The notes: generated by a model from the sequence alone, not told the origin. DNA of 58,994 nt from Nitrososphaeraceae archaeon (GCA_049591355.1 JBAWET010000048.1:1-58994), one strand, 5' to 3'; counted from the first letter of the stretch, positions 21,430 to 32,857 are shown. Made by a program: numbers and translations.

Positions 21430-22218
21430 GTGGCTATTTTATGGGGATATTCGAATTTGAACATAGCTGAATTTGTCACAAATCTACCAAGGTCTGTCAT
21501 GAGTGGGGAACATGTATTTCTCCCGGATAAAGTGATAAGAAGAATTTTTACCATTGCTGATTTAAGGTCATCCGACGTTTTTTACGATTTGGGTTGTGGG
21601 AATAGTAACGCAATATTAATTGCTGCAAATGAATATAGAGTAAAGAAGTCGATTGGAATTGAAAATAGAAAGAGGGTGGTAAAGAAAGTATTATCTAAAA
21701 TCAACGGAATTGATAATGCATCGATAATCAATGATGACATTCGGAAGATACAGATATCTGACGCTGATGTAATCTTATTTTGGTTTTATGATGATCGTAT
21801 TGTTAAACGTATGTTAGACAGATTTACTCTGACTTTGAAAAAAGGGACTAGAATTATATCCATATGGTCTCCGCCAGGATTGGTATTACCGGAAAAAATA
21901 GACTTTCCTTTTTTTGTTTCGCGTATCCCGTTTACATATGCAGAAAATGTTGAGAAACAGTTTGAGAAAATTTATGGACAACCGTGTATCGACTTTACCG
22001 GCTCTTGGCTACTCGCTGAGAAATATATTGACGGAATCGAAACTGTGTCAAGCCAGTACAAGAGATTTGTTAATATCCTATATGGCATGATCATATGGAT
22101 AAATGCATGGAACATGGGTGTAGCTTGCGAGGATGAGATTCCACCACCAGTCGAGTCCTACTTGGGCATATTAAGAACTTTTTTTAACATTGATCTGTCT
22201 GACATGTTTGACAGGTAA
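21430..22218 (+). CDS. Class I SAM-dependent methyltransferase-like protein
   Basis: FYDLGCG, SIGIE and ISDADVILFW; start may be the TTG near 21457. Confidence 0.8.
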   Translation: MAILWGYSNLNIAEFVTNLPRSVMSGEHVFLPDKVIRRIFTIADLRSSDVFYDLGCGNSNAILIAANEYRVKKSIGIENRKRVVKKVLSKINGIDNASIINDDIRKIQISDADVILFWFYDDRIVKRMLDRFTLTLKKGTRIISIWSPPGLVLPEKIDFPFFVSRIPFTYAENVEKQFEKIYGQPCIDFTGSWLLAEKYIDGIETVSSQYKRFVNILYGMIIWINAWNMGVACEDEIPPPVESYLGILRTFFNIDLSDMFDR

Positions 22219-22266
22219 TATCACGCTGACGAAAATTAATAACCTGGAATTAATGTTCCAGGACTC

Positions 22267-23238
22267 CTACCACCCAAACCAACCTTGCCTCTTAAAATAC
22301 CAAATCATAATCACGGCAGGCAATATCGCGGCTATTACCAGAAGAGTGAATGAGGTGAATGGTCCAAAGAAGGTCGCAGGACCAGTCTCGATTCCACCAG
22401 GTAAATTTACGTTCATTCCGTAAATAGCTGCAACCACTGTTGCGGGAATTGACAGCGTAAAAAGGATTGTCAGGACGGCCAAGATCTTGTTCGACTTTTC
22501 GGTGCTTAACATAAAGTCAGTATCCTTGAAGATTTCTATAGTTTCCTTTGATTCTTCGAGTACTTCAATCACCTTGTCGATATGATCTTTGACGTCATCA
22601 AAATACAGAGTAAGGTCCTCTTCAGAGAACTTCTGTATATCCTTACTCAGATCTAAAATAATGCGTTTCAATGGAATGACAACCCTTCTGAGTGTTGTTA
22701 TTTCTCGCCTTAGGAGCGAAATTTCCTTTGCAACAGCGACTTTTTCATCGAATACAACGTCTTCTATGTCATCTAAGTTTCCTTCAAGTTTCATCAAAAT
22801 ATGTAGTAAATCATCGACCAACAAATCTATAATACTGTGGAGTAAATATCCAGAAGACGTACCCATGAATGAATCTCGCTGTTTTTCATTTACTTTGCAG
22901 ATTTGAAACATCTCGGTTAGTGGTTTTAATTCTCCCTGCTGCACAGTAACTAAATAGTCAAACCCTGCAAATATAGCAAGTTGCGTTGTACGTGGAATAC
23001 TCTTCTCCTTATCTATGGTAGGAAAATGAAGTATAACAAAAATATGATCCTCGTAACGGTCAACTTTGGGAATTTGTATTTTTGAGAGACAGTCTTCAAT
23101 ATTCAATTCGTGGAATGGGTAAAGCTGTTCGAGTATACTCATCTTTTCACGCGTAGGTTTCTGGATATCTACCCACGTCAAGCTCTTGTTAGTAATCGAT
23201 TCGAGGCCTAGTTTTCTTTCTCCAATTTCTGTCATCAA
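22267..23238 (-). CDS. corA: CorA family Mg2+/Co2+ transporter
   Basis: YGMN signature with two C-terminal TM helices. Confidence 0.93.
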   Translation of the reverse strand: MMTEIGERKLGLESITNKSLTWVDIQKPTREKMSILEQLYPFHELNIEDCLSKIQIPKVDRYEDHIFVILHFPTIDKEKSIPRTTQLAIFAGFDYLVTVQQGELKPLTEMFQICKVNEKQRDSFMGTSSGYLLHSIIDLLVDDLLHILMKLEGNLDDIEDVVFDEKVAVAKEISLLRREITTLRRVVIPLKRIILDLSKDIQKFSEEDLTLYFDDVKDHIDKVIEVLEESKETIEIFKDTDFMLSTEKSNKILAVLTILFTLSIPATVVAAIYGMNVNLPGGIETGPATFFGPFTSFTLLVIAAILPAVIMIWYFKRQGWFGW

Positions 23239-23526
23239 ACCTCATTCTCAATTTTTGGTCTTTACCACTGTAATATTCTATATTAATATTCCCGTATTAC
23301 AGAGTGCTAATCTCGGAGTACTGAATAACAGGCGATGATCATAATAATTTCAGATTAGTTAAATATCGGATTTTGCATTAAGACTTGTTAAAATATTTGT
23401 TGTAATAATTCGATAAGAGGCAATTCAGTTTGGTAGTTTACGTAGTAGATACCATTGAAATGGTATTTCTTTTCGAAAAAGATAGACGTAAGCAAATTAA
23501 AATATAGCATAATTACAATTTTCTAA

Positions 23527-23835
23527 ATGAGCAAAGTGGTCATAGGAAAAACCTCAGACATTCAACAAGGTAAGTTGACGCACGTAACTGCTGGTGGCAA
23601 GGAGATTTTAGTCACGATGATAGACGGAAAATATTATGCAATGGGTAACATATGTAATCATGCTGGAGCCGAGCTTCATGGAGGAGAATTGCACGGTAAT
23701 GAACTAATATGTCCATGGCATGGTGCCAAGTGGGATATGACTACAGGGGAACTAATTTGGTTTCCGCAGAAATTAAAATCGGAAGAATCGTACAAAGTAG
23801 TAATAGATGATGACACGTTATTCCTAGAAATCTAA
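23527..23835 (+). CDS. Rieske [2Fe-2S] ferredoxin
   Basis: CNH...CPWH motif. Confidence 0.92.
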   Translation: MSKVVIGKTSDIQQGKLTHVTAGGKEILVTMIDGKYYAMGNICNHAGAELHGGELHGNELICPWHGAKWDMTTGELIWFPQKLKSEESYKVVIDDDTLFLEI

Positions 23836-24074
23836 TTTTTGAATGTCTAGGCATATAAACATCAACTATATGTATTTTTCCATACTTTGGTTCAGATTAC
23901 CAATCAAGCTCATAAGGATAAGAAATACTCCTTTGGTATGAGTTCGACGTAATACGTAATAGTACTAATGAAAGTTTTCAGAAGAGTTAGAGTTAGGGGG
24001 CCGGGTCAGAAGACCAGAGTCAGAAGAGCTAAAGAGTTATTTTTATATGATGCAATATGCAGTTCAAGTAAATA

Positions 24075-24455
24075 TTGGAAGAACACGAGTTTCTAATGGA
24101 TCTCTGTTTTGTTGTTCTTTCTGTAGACAAAAGTATTAGGTTCGCAGGTGTTATTGATAGTAACGGTAAGCTTTTGGCGGGCAAGTACAGAAACAATATA
24201 CAAAAGCCACTAATTACATCAAGTTCCACCTCAAATCTTTCTCAAAACTCCTTGTATTCTGGATATTTGACACTAGCCATAAAGAAAAGGTTCGAATCGG
24301 ACCTGGGTGAGTTACATTTCCAACTGACAGAATTCGACAAAGTAAAATTACTTACCATTCCATTAACATCTAGAAACGATCGTTATCTTTGCGTTTCTCT
24401 TGATAATATTGCGTCTTACGAGAGGACTATCTCAAAAATAATTGAAAGCATTTGA
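24075..24455 (+). CDS. Roadblock/profilin-like hypothetical protein
   Basis: IRFAGVIDSNGKLLAG...DLGELHF...DKVKLLTIP pattern. Confidence 0.65.
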   Translation: MEEHEFLMDLCFVVLSVDKSIRFAGVIDSNGKLLAGKYRNNIQKPLITSSSTSNLSQNSLYSGYLTLAIKKRFESDLGELHFQLTEFDKVKLLTIPLTSRNDRYLCVSLDNIASYERTISKIIESI

Positions 24456-24513
24456 AATCGATCAATGCCTATTAACATGAGTAATGGAATCCCATTTGCA
24501 ATAAATATGGCTT

Positions 24514-25716
24514 ATGTCGCCATCTTCGATAATGAAGCTTGACGTACCCAGATTCACAGAACGATTTGGCACCATAAGTATGCATGGAGTTCAGAGAGTT
24601 TATGAACTTGACTCGGGTTATAAAACCGGAAAAAGTAAATCAGAAGCCATTCGAACGATAGATAACGAAGTCATTTCTGAGATAGAGGGAAAGATGGCTA
24701 TAGTAATTCCCATTAAAGGAGAACGTTTAAAACTCTTGGAAGGTGTTTTGAGTGGAATTCCCCACGATTGTTTGACTATCATCGTTTCAAACAGTCCGAG
24801 GCAGCCGATAGATCGTTATAAACTTGAGCGTGAAGCTATAGAACAATTTAATAGATTTGCGGAGAAAAATTCCATAATAGTCCATCAAAGAGACCCTGGT
24901 GTTTCTGAGGCCCTGCGCGAAGTAGGATATGCCGACTTACTTTCGAACGACGGAACAGTAAGGAATGGCAAGGCAGAAGGAATGATTATCGGCATGCTTC
25001 TGTCCAAGATGTCTGGGAAGGATTACGTTGGATTTATTGATGCTGACAATTATGTTCCAGGCGCTGTAAATGAATATGTAAAGATTTTTGCATCAGGTAT
25101 CGCCATGTCAACCACACCTTACACAATGGTTAGGGTATCATGGATTTACAAACCTAAGGTCTCAGATAATGGAGTATACTTCTCTAAATGGGGGAGAGTG
25201 TCAGAAATTACCAACCAGTATCTAAACTCTGTAATCTCCTATTATACTGGCTTTGAAACCGAAGTCATGCGCACTGGCAATTCAGGAGAACACTGTCTCT
25301 CTATGAAGTTGGCTGAATCACTAACTTACTCTTCAGGGTTTTCTGTCGAACCATATGAAATAATAAATTTATTGGAAGAATTTGGGGGCATTATTCCAAC
25401 TGAACACCAAGACGCCATGGATAAAGGCATTGAAGTAATGCAGATAGAAACTCGAAATCCCCACTTTCACGAAGAGAAAGGTGATGCCCATGTTAGGCAG
25501 ATGTTCCTGGAGGCTTTAGGTTGCATTTTTCATAGTAAAATTTGTCACCCTGAACTGCGAGAAAAAATTACGTCTGAATTGCAAACTAGAGGACTGCTCG
25601 AGGCCGAGAAAGAACCGCCTCAGCTCCAAAGAATCCGGCCTTTTAAAGATATTGATGTCGCCTTATTTAGCAAAATCCTTCATGAAAAGTCAACAAGCTA
25701 TCTCTACTGTGAATGA
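24514..25716 (+). CDS. mpgS: Mannosyl-3-phosphoglycerate synthase
   Basis: LLEGVLSGIPH, RNGKAEGM, GFIDADNYVPGAV and IETRNPHFHE. Confidence 0.93.
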   Translation: MSPSSIMKLDVPRFTERFGTISMHGVQRVYELDSGYKTGKSKSEAIRTIDNEVISEIEGKMAIVIPIKGERLKLLEGVLSGIPHDCLTIIVSNSPRQPIDRYKLEREAIEQFNRFAEKNSIIVHQRDPGVSEALREVGYADLLSNDGTVRNGKAEGMIIGMLLSKMSGKDYVGFIDADNYVPGAVNEYVKIFASGIAMSTTPYTMVRVSWIYKPKVSDNGVYFSKWGRVSEITNQYLNSVISYYTGFETEVMRTGNSGEHCLSMKLAESLTYSSGFSVEPYEIINLLEEFGGIIPTEHQDAMDKGIEVMQIETRNPHFHEEKGDAHVRQMFLEALGCIFHSKICHPELREKITSELQTRGLLEAEKEPPQLQRIRPFKDIDVALFSKILHEKSTSYLYCE

Positions 25717-25865
25717 ATTATTTTTCTCAATCTACAAAAGATTAGGATTTCGTCATTATTCCGATGTCTGGAATGGCTTACCATGAATATTCATAGTAAC
25801 TAAACTTAATATCTTCAGCTCTAGAAACATAATCCTATCTCGGCCATTTGTCGGTTTGATAATTA

Positions 25866-26717
25866 CTAACCTGCTTGCCTATCCTTTGATTCACATCTTT
25901 CATTGTTTCTGACATTGCGTATGAGAAGAATGGAGGTCAATACAAGTACTGGCAAACTAATCAAAATAAACAGCGTTTGAAAAGGAGCCAAGATTGAAAC
26001 TGCAGTACCTGTACCAAATCCCAAAAGTACCGAGAACAAAGCTCCAGCACAAGTTGGACATCCTATGAACAACCCGCTGAACGCTCCCATCGAGGAAACA
26101 GCCGAGAGCTTTCTTCTAGCCTGCGATCGTGCCAGCTGAAAAGCATGTACATTTAATACAATATTAAAACCAACCAAAAGTGAGATTGACACTGCTAGGA
26201 TTAGATTTAATGGTATCAATAACACGGATATGTTTTCAGTTAGTCTTATGGTTGCCATTGGAAAATATCCCGGAGATCCGCAGCATAAAGTCAATGCAAA
26301 AGACGGAAAGTTTATCGTATCATCAAGTGATACCTCAGTAGGGATATAGATAAGAATTCTTGAAAGATATGCAAAGAATAGGCCATACAAGGTAGATGAA
26401 ATTATCAACAACTTGAAATAATTTCTTTTCTTGAATATACGAGCTGCGGATGATAGAAGACTAGGGTTATTAGGTGTTGCAACAATTGAAAACTTGACAA
26501 CTAGATATAGGCCATAAACAAAAAAAAGGGGACAAATCACGGTTAAAATTATCACCAGCTGAGCCAGTCCATATAATTTTTGAGGCATAATTTGTGGGTG
26601 TTCTGACGATGTGACAGTAGAATAGGCCAAAAAAATGAATGCCATGGAAAAAATACTTAATCCAAGAATCCTAAATCCCCTGTTTCTAGAGACCTGATAG
26701 TCACCTGCAGGTATCAA
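25866..26717 (-). CDS. Multi-pass membrane protein with CC and CPTC motifs
   Basis: Several hydrophobic helices, CCGSPG and GCPTCAG. Confidence 0.75.
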   Translation of the reverse strand: MIPAGDYQVSRNRGFRILGLSIFSMAFIFLAYSTVTSSEHPQIMPQKLYGLAQLVIILTVICPLFFVYGLYLVVKFSIVATPNNPSLLSSAARIFKKRNYFKLLIISSTLYGLFFAYLSRILIYIPTEVSLDDTINFPSFALTLCCGSPGYFPMATIRLTENISVLLIPLNLILAVSISLLVGFNIVLNVHAFQLARSQARRKLSAVSSMGAFSGLFIGCPTCAGALFSVLLGFGTGTAVSILAPFQTLFILISLPVLVLTSILLIRNVRNNERCESKDRQAG

Positions 26718-26869
26718 ACAATTGATGACTAGAGTCCTCGCAAATTTAACTTAATTGGACCGGTAGATATTCATGGGGTCAGGATACACCCTGGTCTTCT
26801 CCATTCGACATGATTTCAATGACAATGAAAGCACAAAAAATCTAAATTTCAGCAGTTGTTGTTATTAAC

Positions 26870-27298
26870 ATGGCCGAAAATCCACCCGGACATGATGAAT
26901 ACATTACAGCCAATATTAGTTATGTAGGGTTTGTGGATCAGATTGGCCTGGAAGGCATTCTAATTTTAAAGACTCGTGATGGAAAAGAATTTCCAATGCG
27001 TGCGTTCTCAGGGGAAGTTGCGAGACACATATTACGGTTTCAAGAAGGTGATAAAACCACTCTTCCTACTATATACAACTTGGTCGAAGAAATATCAGCT
27101 ATGCAGGATTTGCTACTTTTGGAGGTAAGAATATATCGAAATGGTTCAGTTCTCAGAGCTAATCTTTATTTCAAAAGTAGAAGGGATAACCTAATATTTA
27201 GAAATTATCGTGCCTCTGATGCAATTGCATTAGCAGCGTATTTTGACGTCCCTATCAAAGTAAGGAAAACTCTGTTCGAGGAGACCATAGAACAGTAA
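26870..27298 (+). CDS. Bifunctional nuclease (DUF151) family protein
   Basis: RASDAIALA..FDVPIKV motif. Confidence 0.85.
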   Translation: MAENPPGHDEYITANISYVGFVDQIGLEGILILKTRDGKEFPMRAFSGEVARHILRFQEGDKTTLPTIYNLVEEISAMQDLLLLEVRIYRNGSVLRANLYFKSRRDNLIFRNYRASDAIALAAYFDVPIKVRKTLFEETIEQ

Positions 27299-27304
27299 GA
27301 TTCA

Positions 27305-28402
27305 TCAAGTAATTACTCGGTCTGTCGCACCATTAGATATTGCCGACTTCAATTCCATGGCAATTCTTCTCCCAACCCCAAAGGTGTGCCCATGACTGTA
27401 CTTTGTGTAAGGACTGGTAGTGGCCATAATTGCGTTACCTGGCACTCTTAGAGATACGTCATACACCGTGATTTCTAGATCTGGTGTTACGATACTCTGC
27501 AAAGAGAATGGGCCTATTATGCCAGGGGGGTATTCCATCCTTGAGGCTCTGGTAAATCTATCGCCAATATCAAAAATCTTCTCAAGCATGGATTCTCGTA
27601 TGCTCGCAGGAGTATGTCCTATCTCGATGTGTTTAACGTCCCACTCAAATTCCATTTGTTGTCTTGCAGGCATTGAGTTCAGATCATTCAGGTTTGTTTG
27701 AAGTCTTCTCTCAATACCTAGAAATTCCGTTTCATCTGATAACGGGGAATAAAAAAAATTGAAGTTGAAATAAGCACCTACGACATACTCCTCTATGACT
27801 GCTGACCTTAGATCTTTTTCTTCAATTATGTGTCTATTTATTTTTATCTTGGATTTTTCATAATAATCTTTCGTAGAGGATACTAGAAAAAATGCCCTTT
27901 CCAGATTTCTACTGGCTTCCTGCACTTTAACCATAGCAAGGGCGTCAATTTGAGAGGGCTCCTTGTATATCTTGGGATGACGTATGCCCGCTTTTTCCAA
28001 CAGATAGTACTGATTTTGCTGGTAAGTTCTTTCTTCTGCTCTTAATAAGTTTCTATTACCAAATAGTGGTATTGACAACTCATTCTGGATTATTTCATAA
28101 CCTACATACGCCGTAAGGGCACGATGTGGAACCAGGATTGAATTCATTTCGAGCATTTTTTGTTGATTTTCCTTATAAGAAATATCAGAGAAATTGTCAA
28201 GCAAGATCATTTTGTCCACGAGACGTTTGTATCTCAAATAAGGTGTTTCACGACCTTTCTTACAAACACAAACTGTTTTAAAGTCCTCATCCTTGGCACC
28301 ATCCATAATTTCAAGGGCCGAGTGACTTCCTAAAACTGCGATGCTTATATTCTTCATATCATATGCTTCTGCGATAGTTATAATATCTTCTCTCTTAATC
28401 AT
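27305..28402 (-). CDS. purP: PurP-family formate-dependent ATP-grasp ligase
   Basis: LGSHSALEIMDGAKDE, FGNRNLLRAEER, IIGPFSLQ and GRRIAME. Confidence 0.9.
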   Translation of the reverse strand: MIKREDIITIAEAYDMKNISIAVLGSHSALEIMDGAKDEDFKTVCVCKKGRETPYLRYKRLVDKMILLDNFSDISYKENQQKMLEMNSILVPHRALTAYVGYEIIQNELSIPLFGNRNLLRAEERTYQQNQYYLLEKAGIRHPKIYKEPSQIDALAMVKVQEASRNLERAFFLVSSTKDYYEKSKIKINRHIIEEKDLRSAVIEEYVVGAYFNFNFFYSPLSDETEFLGIERRLQTNLNDLNSMPARQQMEFEWDVKHIEIGHTPASIRESMLEKIFDIGDRFTRASRMEYPPGIIGPFSLQSIVTPDLEITVYDVSLRVPGNAIMATTSPYTKYSHGHTFGVGRRIAMELKSAISNGATDRVIT

Positions 28403-28502
28403 ATAGCTCTTGAAGGTACTGTTGTGTAAATAAAATTTTTACGTATTACTTATTTGACTACACAGTCTTTGGAAATATCAAGAAGTGGCCTGTTGGTCAG
28501 GA

Positions 28503-28695
28503 CTAACCCCAAAGACTTAAGACAAAATAAAAATTTTCGCTAATTCTATCTTTCCTTTTTGACTTCACATTCCGCGAAGTTCTTGTATTTTCGTGGTCGG
28601 CACTTTTCTTGCCAATAGACTTTGCTAATTCTATTATTTTTTAGTCCAAAGAAAATCTGTAGGAGATTGCCGTAAATTCATCTGTCCTAATATCG
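28503..28695 (-). pseudogene. Degenerate TatA-like remnant downstream of tatC
   Basis: Minus strand gives LLQIFFG, a frame break, then KIIELAKSIGKKSADHE, resembling TatA FG.KKIPELAKSIGK; boundaries approximate. Confidence 0.5.
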
Positions 28696-28716
28696 AATGT
28701 GGGTAAATTTTTGAAT

Positions 28717-29616
28717 TCAATTATTGGTCCTATTCTCATACTGCCTTCTCATCGACATAACTATTCGGTGTCGTTCTGCCCGACGTATGATCATTATTCC
28801 CAAAACATACAAAACTATCATTGGTATGGAGACAAACCACATCGTGATACCACTCCCATCTGGAGTGATCAGTGCCCCGAAGATTGCTATTATTACAATG
28901 GCATAACGTAAATTCTTGCTCCAAAAGGTTGAATCCACCAAACCGGTCAAAGACAATCCAAACATTATGACCGGTAACTGAAATGCGAGACCAAAACCCA
29001 ACATGAATTGAAGTACAAAGGTCATAAAATCGCTAACGGTTACGAACGTTTCAGCTCCAAGTGATTCCCCGTACCTGTATAGAAAGGAGAGCGTAAATGG
29101 AATGACGAGCAAATATGAAAAAACAATCCCCATGATGAATAAAAGAAGTATTGGAAGTGTTATTTTATAAATGGCCGTTGTTGTCTTAGTGCTAAGTGCA
29201 GGGTATATAAAAGCAAAAACTTCTCTCGCTATTATTGGAATTGAACATATTATGCTCAAGAGCAACGAAATATGAATTTGGGCAAAGAATGCTTGTCCTG
29301 GGGCTGTTTGAATAAACTTGACCTCGGGTGGCAATAACGTATCCTTAAGGAGCAAAGTTAGTTGCACTGCGATATTTTCAAACGGATTTGGATAAGGATA
29401 ATAGAATCTAAATACAATAGAGGAATCACTTGAACGTGAATCTGACGTAAAGTTAAGAAAAGAAATGGCCTGAGGTAACGATAAAACCACAGTAAACGAT
29501 TTTAGGCCGAAACTCAGGCAAATTATCGTAATTATGGTCAGAACTAACAAAGTTCGAATACCCCTCCTGCGTAGTTCATCTATATGTCCTGTTATAGGGA
29601 GCTCAGTTGAGGTCAT
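28717..29616 (-). CDS. tatC: Twin-arginine translocase TatC
   Basis: HIDELRRR, FIYPAL, FGLAFQLP and ALITPDGSG. Confidence 0.95.
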   Translation of the reverse strand: MTSTELPITGHIDELRRRGIRTLLVLTIITIICLSFGLKSFTVVLSLPQAISFLNFTSDSRSSDSSIVFRFYYPYPNPFENIAVQLTLLLKDTLLPPEVKFIQTAPGQAFFAQIHISLLLSIICSIPIIAREVFAFIYPALSTKTTTAIYKITLPILLLFIMGIVFSYLLVIPFTLSFLYRYGESLGAETFVTVSDFMTFVLQFMLGFGLAFQLPVIMFGLSLTGLVDSTFWSKNLRYAIVIIAIFGALITPDGSGITMWFVSIPMIVLYVLGIMIIRRAERHRIVMSMRRQYENRTNN

Positions 29617-29869
29617 TCGAGGCTTGTCCAGATTATACTATGTTGTTCTCCATAGACAATATATTAATTGTGTTTAGATAGGCCGTCTAGAGGAATAACG
29701 AACTTCCATAAATATAGTTTTGACTAATTATTTCTGTTGTCCTATCAACATATGAAAGATAAACCTTATAGTAGAAGGAGAGATCGTCCACATAAGTTAG
29801 CACAAAAAGTAAATAGGTTCAACTGATTTCTATAAATACCCATTAAGAAGAAGCGACTTCAAGTAGACT

Positions 29870-30223
29870 TTGGCAGTACAAGACATCTTGCTCCCTCTAG
29901 AAAAGATAGCCTTCAGGACAAGGACTAAGCTACATTGCACACAGAGGAAATACCAAGTGCTTATTACTGATAACAGGATTGTTTTATATGCAGAAAGGGG
30001 ACGGCTTCTCAAATCCTGTGATGTTGTAAGTGAACGTCTAGACACCTTATACGGTATAGAATATTCAGAAAAAGGAACTATTTTCAAGACAGCTATGATG
30101 ACATTGCAAGGTGGGAATAAATTAAATATTCGAGGCCCTGTTGAAGAAGTAAAACCCTTGTTTAATTTCATCCAGTCAACCATAAGCAAGATTAGATCAA
30201 CGGAGAAAAAGGATTTTGTCTGA
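29870..30223 (+). CDS. PH-domain-like protein
   Basis: VLITDNRIVLY..RG and IEYSEKG pattern. Confidence 0.6.
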   Translation: MAVQDILLPLEKIAFRTRTKLHCTQRKYQVLITDNRIVLYAERGRLLKSCDVVSERLDTLYGIEYSEKGTIFKTAMMTLQGGNKLNIRGPVEEVKPLFNFIQSTISKIRSTEKKDFV

Positions 30224-31039
30224 AAACATTCAGATAGATAATATTTGTATAATCCTCGAATCCAAATAAGTTTTCACGATTATAGACTACTAATCTTAAT
30301 TTAGGTCATGACGAATTAGTCTTCAAGTAGGTTAGTTTAGATACTAGGCTGGATAATAGATCTTTTTTCATTATGCCAAAATTTCAATATTGTGGATTAA
30401 ATCCTTTGTTAATTGACATTTGAAAGAATATTGCAGAGTCAGAAAAACCAGGGAAGCAAGGATCAGTATCCACCATTTACATATTTGCCCGTATCTAAGG
30501 ACCTGTTGGTAATTTAGGCTCATTAATACACACCATCAATTCTGAGATAGAAGGAAAAAGATCAAGTTTCCCGAACAATCAGAATGGCTCTGACAATAAA
30601 TGGAGGAACACATTCTCAAGTAATTTATAGCTCTGGACACATGCTGAATCTGGCATTTTAAAATCACGATTAACCAGCATTTTCGTTTCTAAATGTTTCA
30701 GATTCAGTTTGAAGCTCATACTGAATATTTATTAAGATTGGATAAGAAAGATGACAGTTAGAATAAAGCACTGCTATTTTCTAACATTCATTCTTGACAG
30801 ATGTAATTCTGAATTCCAAATCTACCAGATGTTGAAACCTCTTCGCTTTCAGGTCAATCTGCTCCTTTGGAGGGAACAGAAATACGATCTCAATATCTCA
30901 GATGCAGAATTTAAATATTCTGTCAGAATTGTAATTTTAGTGCCATACATTGCAGCTTTAAAGTAATACCCTGCACTAGATTTCTATTCTAGATTAGCAT
31001 ACTATATTAGGAAAGGGCGAGTATGAGTATAATCAACAA

Positions 31040-31303
31040 ATGCCATCTGCTTTTATCCTTATAAATTGCGACTTTAAGTCTGCCAATGAGGTCATAAATC
31101 AGCTAAAGGAAATTCCGGAAGTGGTTCAGGTTTATCCTGTGGACGGCGTTTACGATATTCTTTCTAAGATTAACGCAACCAATGAAGATGATCTCAGGAA
31201 GGTTGTTCTTCGCATAAGATATCTGGATAGTGTTATTAGTACTCTCACGATGATCATATCACGAGAAGAAAAAGCTACCAATTCCGACATTCCGCATAAG
31301 TGA
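31040..31303 (+). CDS. Lrp/AsnC ligand-binding (RAM) domain protein
   Basis: AFILINC, VDGVYDIL and IRYLDSVISTLTMI. Confidence 0.88.
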   Translation: MPSAFILINCDFKSANEVINQLKEIPEVVQVYPVDGVYDILSKINATNEDDLRKVVLRIRYLDSVISTLTMIISREEKATNSDIPHK

Positions 31304-31589
31304 ATGTTATCTGTGATTGGTGAGAATAAAATAATAGCCTATGAAGATCAATTCGTAACTAGAACTTTTAGAATTAAATTCATCTGATTACTTTTTGAAT
31401 GACAGGATCATCTGAAAGATCTGTTTAAAATGGATGTCTAGCAATTCAATTTCGATTACCATTTGGCCATCAATTTATTTGGATTTCGAGACTAAATTAA
31501 TCCGATTTCTTCATTCTAGAGAAGCGTACTGAAATTTTAGACAGTTACCTTAATAATCTTGTTTGATCACGTAGGAAGATGAAAAGAAA

Positions 31590-31898
31590 ATGGATAACAA
31601 GCAATTTCTTATGTATAACCTTTTGATGATAGCTATATCTCTTGGTATTAGCATATCAATTTCACTGTTATTGCCATTTTATTTGTCTCTGCCCGTAATC
31701 ATTGTCGTATTCATCTTGATCAATTTCTATATGCGCAATAGAATGATGAAAAAGATGGGAGGAGGTGGGGGAATGTTTGGGTCACTGTCCTCCCCATTTT
31801 CAGGGAACTCGGTTAACTACTACTGTATGAGCTGTGGAACCAAACACAGGGAAGCATCTTGTCCACGGTGTGGTTCAAAGATGAAAAGAGTTGGATAA
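31590..31898 (+). CDS. Two-TM protein with C-terminal zinc ribbon
   Basis: Hydrophobic N-terminal half; YYCMSCG...CPRCGS. Confidence 0.75.
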   Translation: MDNKQFLMYNLLMIAISLGISISISLLLPFYLSLPVIIVVFILINFYMRNRMMKKMGGGGGMFGSLSSPFSGNSVNYYCMSCGTKHREASCPRCGSKMKRVG

Positions 31899-32189
31899 TA
31901 CATCCTATTTTGTAACTACATTTTCCATCATTTTTTCCAGCCAAAAATGGAATTTTTTTGGCACAATGTTCTCTTGATATTATCTTTGCATTAAGATACC
32001 CTAAACGTTCCAGAGTAATACTTCTGTAAGAATATGGACTGGCGATGATATATTCGTTATCACCACGAAAAGATTTCCGATAATCAACTTTTCATCGTAC
32101 TTGTCAACACTATATTTTGCATAATTCGTATTAATTAAAAATATAACAGATTTATAGTAAATTCCAGAATATTAATTGAATAGATCAGA

Positions 32190-32501
32190 ATGGATTTCTT
32201 TGAAATTAATAGAGTGTTAGAAGAGCTACCTCGTACCTTTGCAGCTCCGTGTGCAACTACGTGGTTTAAAGTCACGGAAAATGCAAATCCTTCGTCCGAA
32301 GAATATAGAGATAAGGTTGTATCATTCATGCGTTTATTCGAAAATGCTTTTTCATCAGGATTCCCGGAGGGAAGCGTCAATACCAAAGAGCTTAGAGAAT
32401 TTATCGATCAATCTTTGAGATATCAAATTTCAAACGTACTATCAGGTAGTAACAAAGAAGTTGAAAAGAGGTATAAATATTATGTCAATCATGGCTACTA
32501 A
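32190..32501 (+). CDS. Hypothetical protein
   Basis: 103-aa ATG ORF with upstream TATA-like sequence. Confidence 0.6.
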   Translation: MDFFEINRVLEELPRTFAAPCATTWFKVTENANPSSEEYRDKVVSFMRLFENAFSSGFPEGSVNTKELREFIDQSLRYQISNVLSGSNKEVEKRYKYYVNHGY

Positions 32502-32857
32502 TAAATGGATCATTATTTGTATTTTTGTGCTAGTGTACACTTCTTGTATTGTAGTTCGTTGAATGTTTCCGTGTACTGATGGTTGTTACATTATCTGCGT
32601 GCATATAATTTTCAATTATTCTCTCTGAATATTATAACTGAATATACAAGTGATTGCTTTTGTACTTAATTTATTTTATCAATGAATTAGTTTAGTTCAG
32701 TCAGTCATGATCTCATTTCAAGAAGAGAGAGTCTAATCCCAGGTCGATATTATGCCTATGCTCAATTTAATTTTATTTAACATAAACTTAGTATATGCTT
32801 AGTACTTATTTACATTCTCACATTAAGACTGAATAGTTAAATTTACAACAGTCTGAT

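Noticed and set aside
23449..23480. Short palindromes upstream of the Rieske gene (ATACCAT-N4-ATGGTAT; TTTTCGAAAA)
   Set aside because: Could be operators, but they are short enough to occur by chance in AT-rich DNA and I noticed no second copy
30224..31039. Long gap including ORF 30751-30966
   Set aside because: No recognisable protein motif, repeat or RNA structure in the frames I translated
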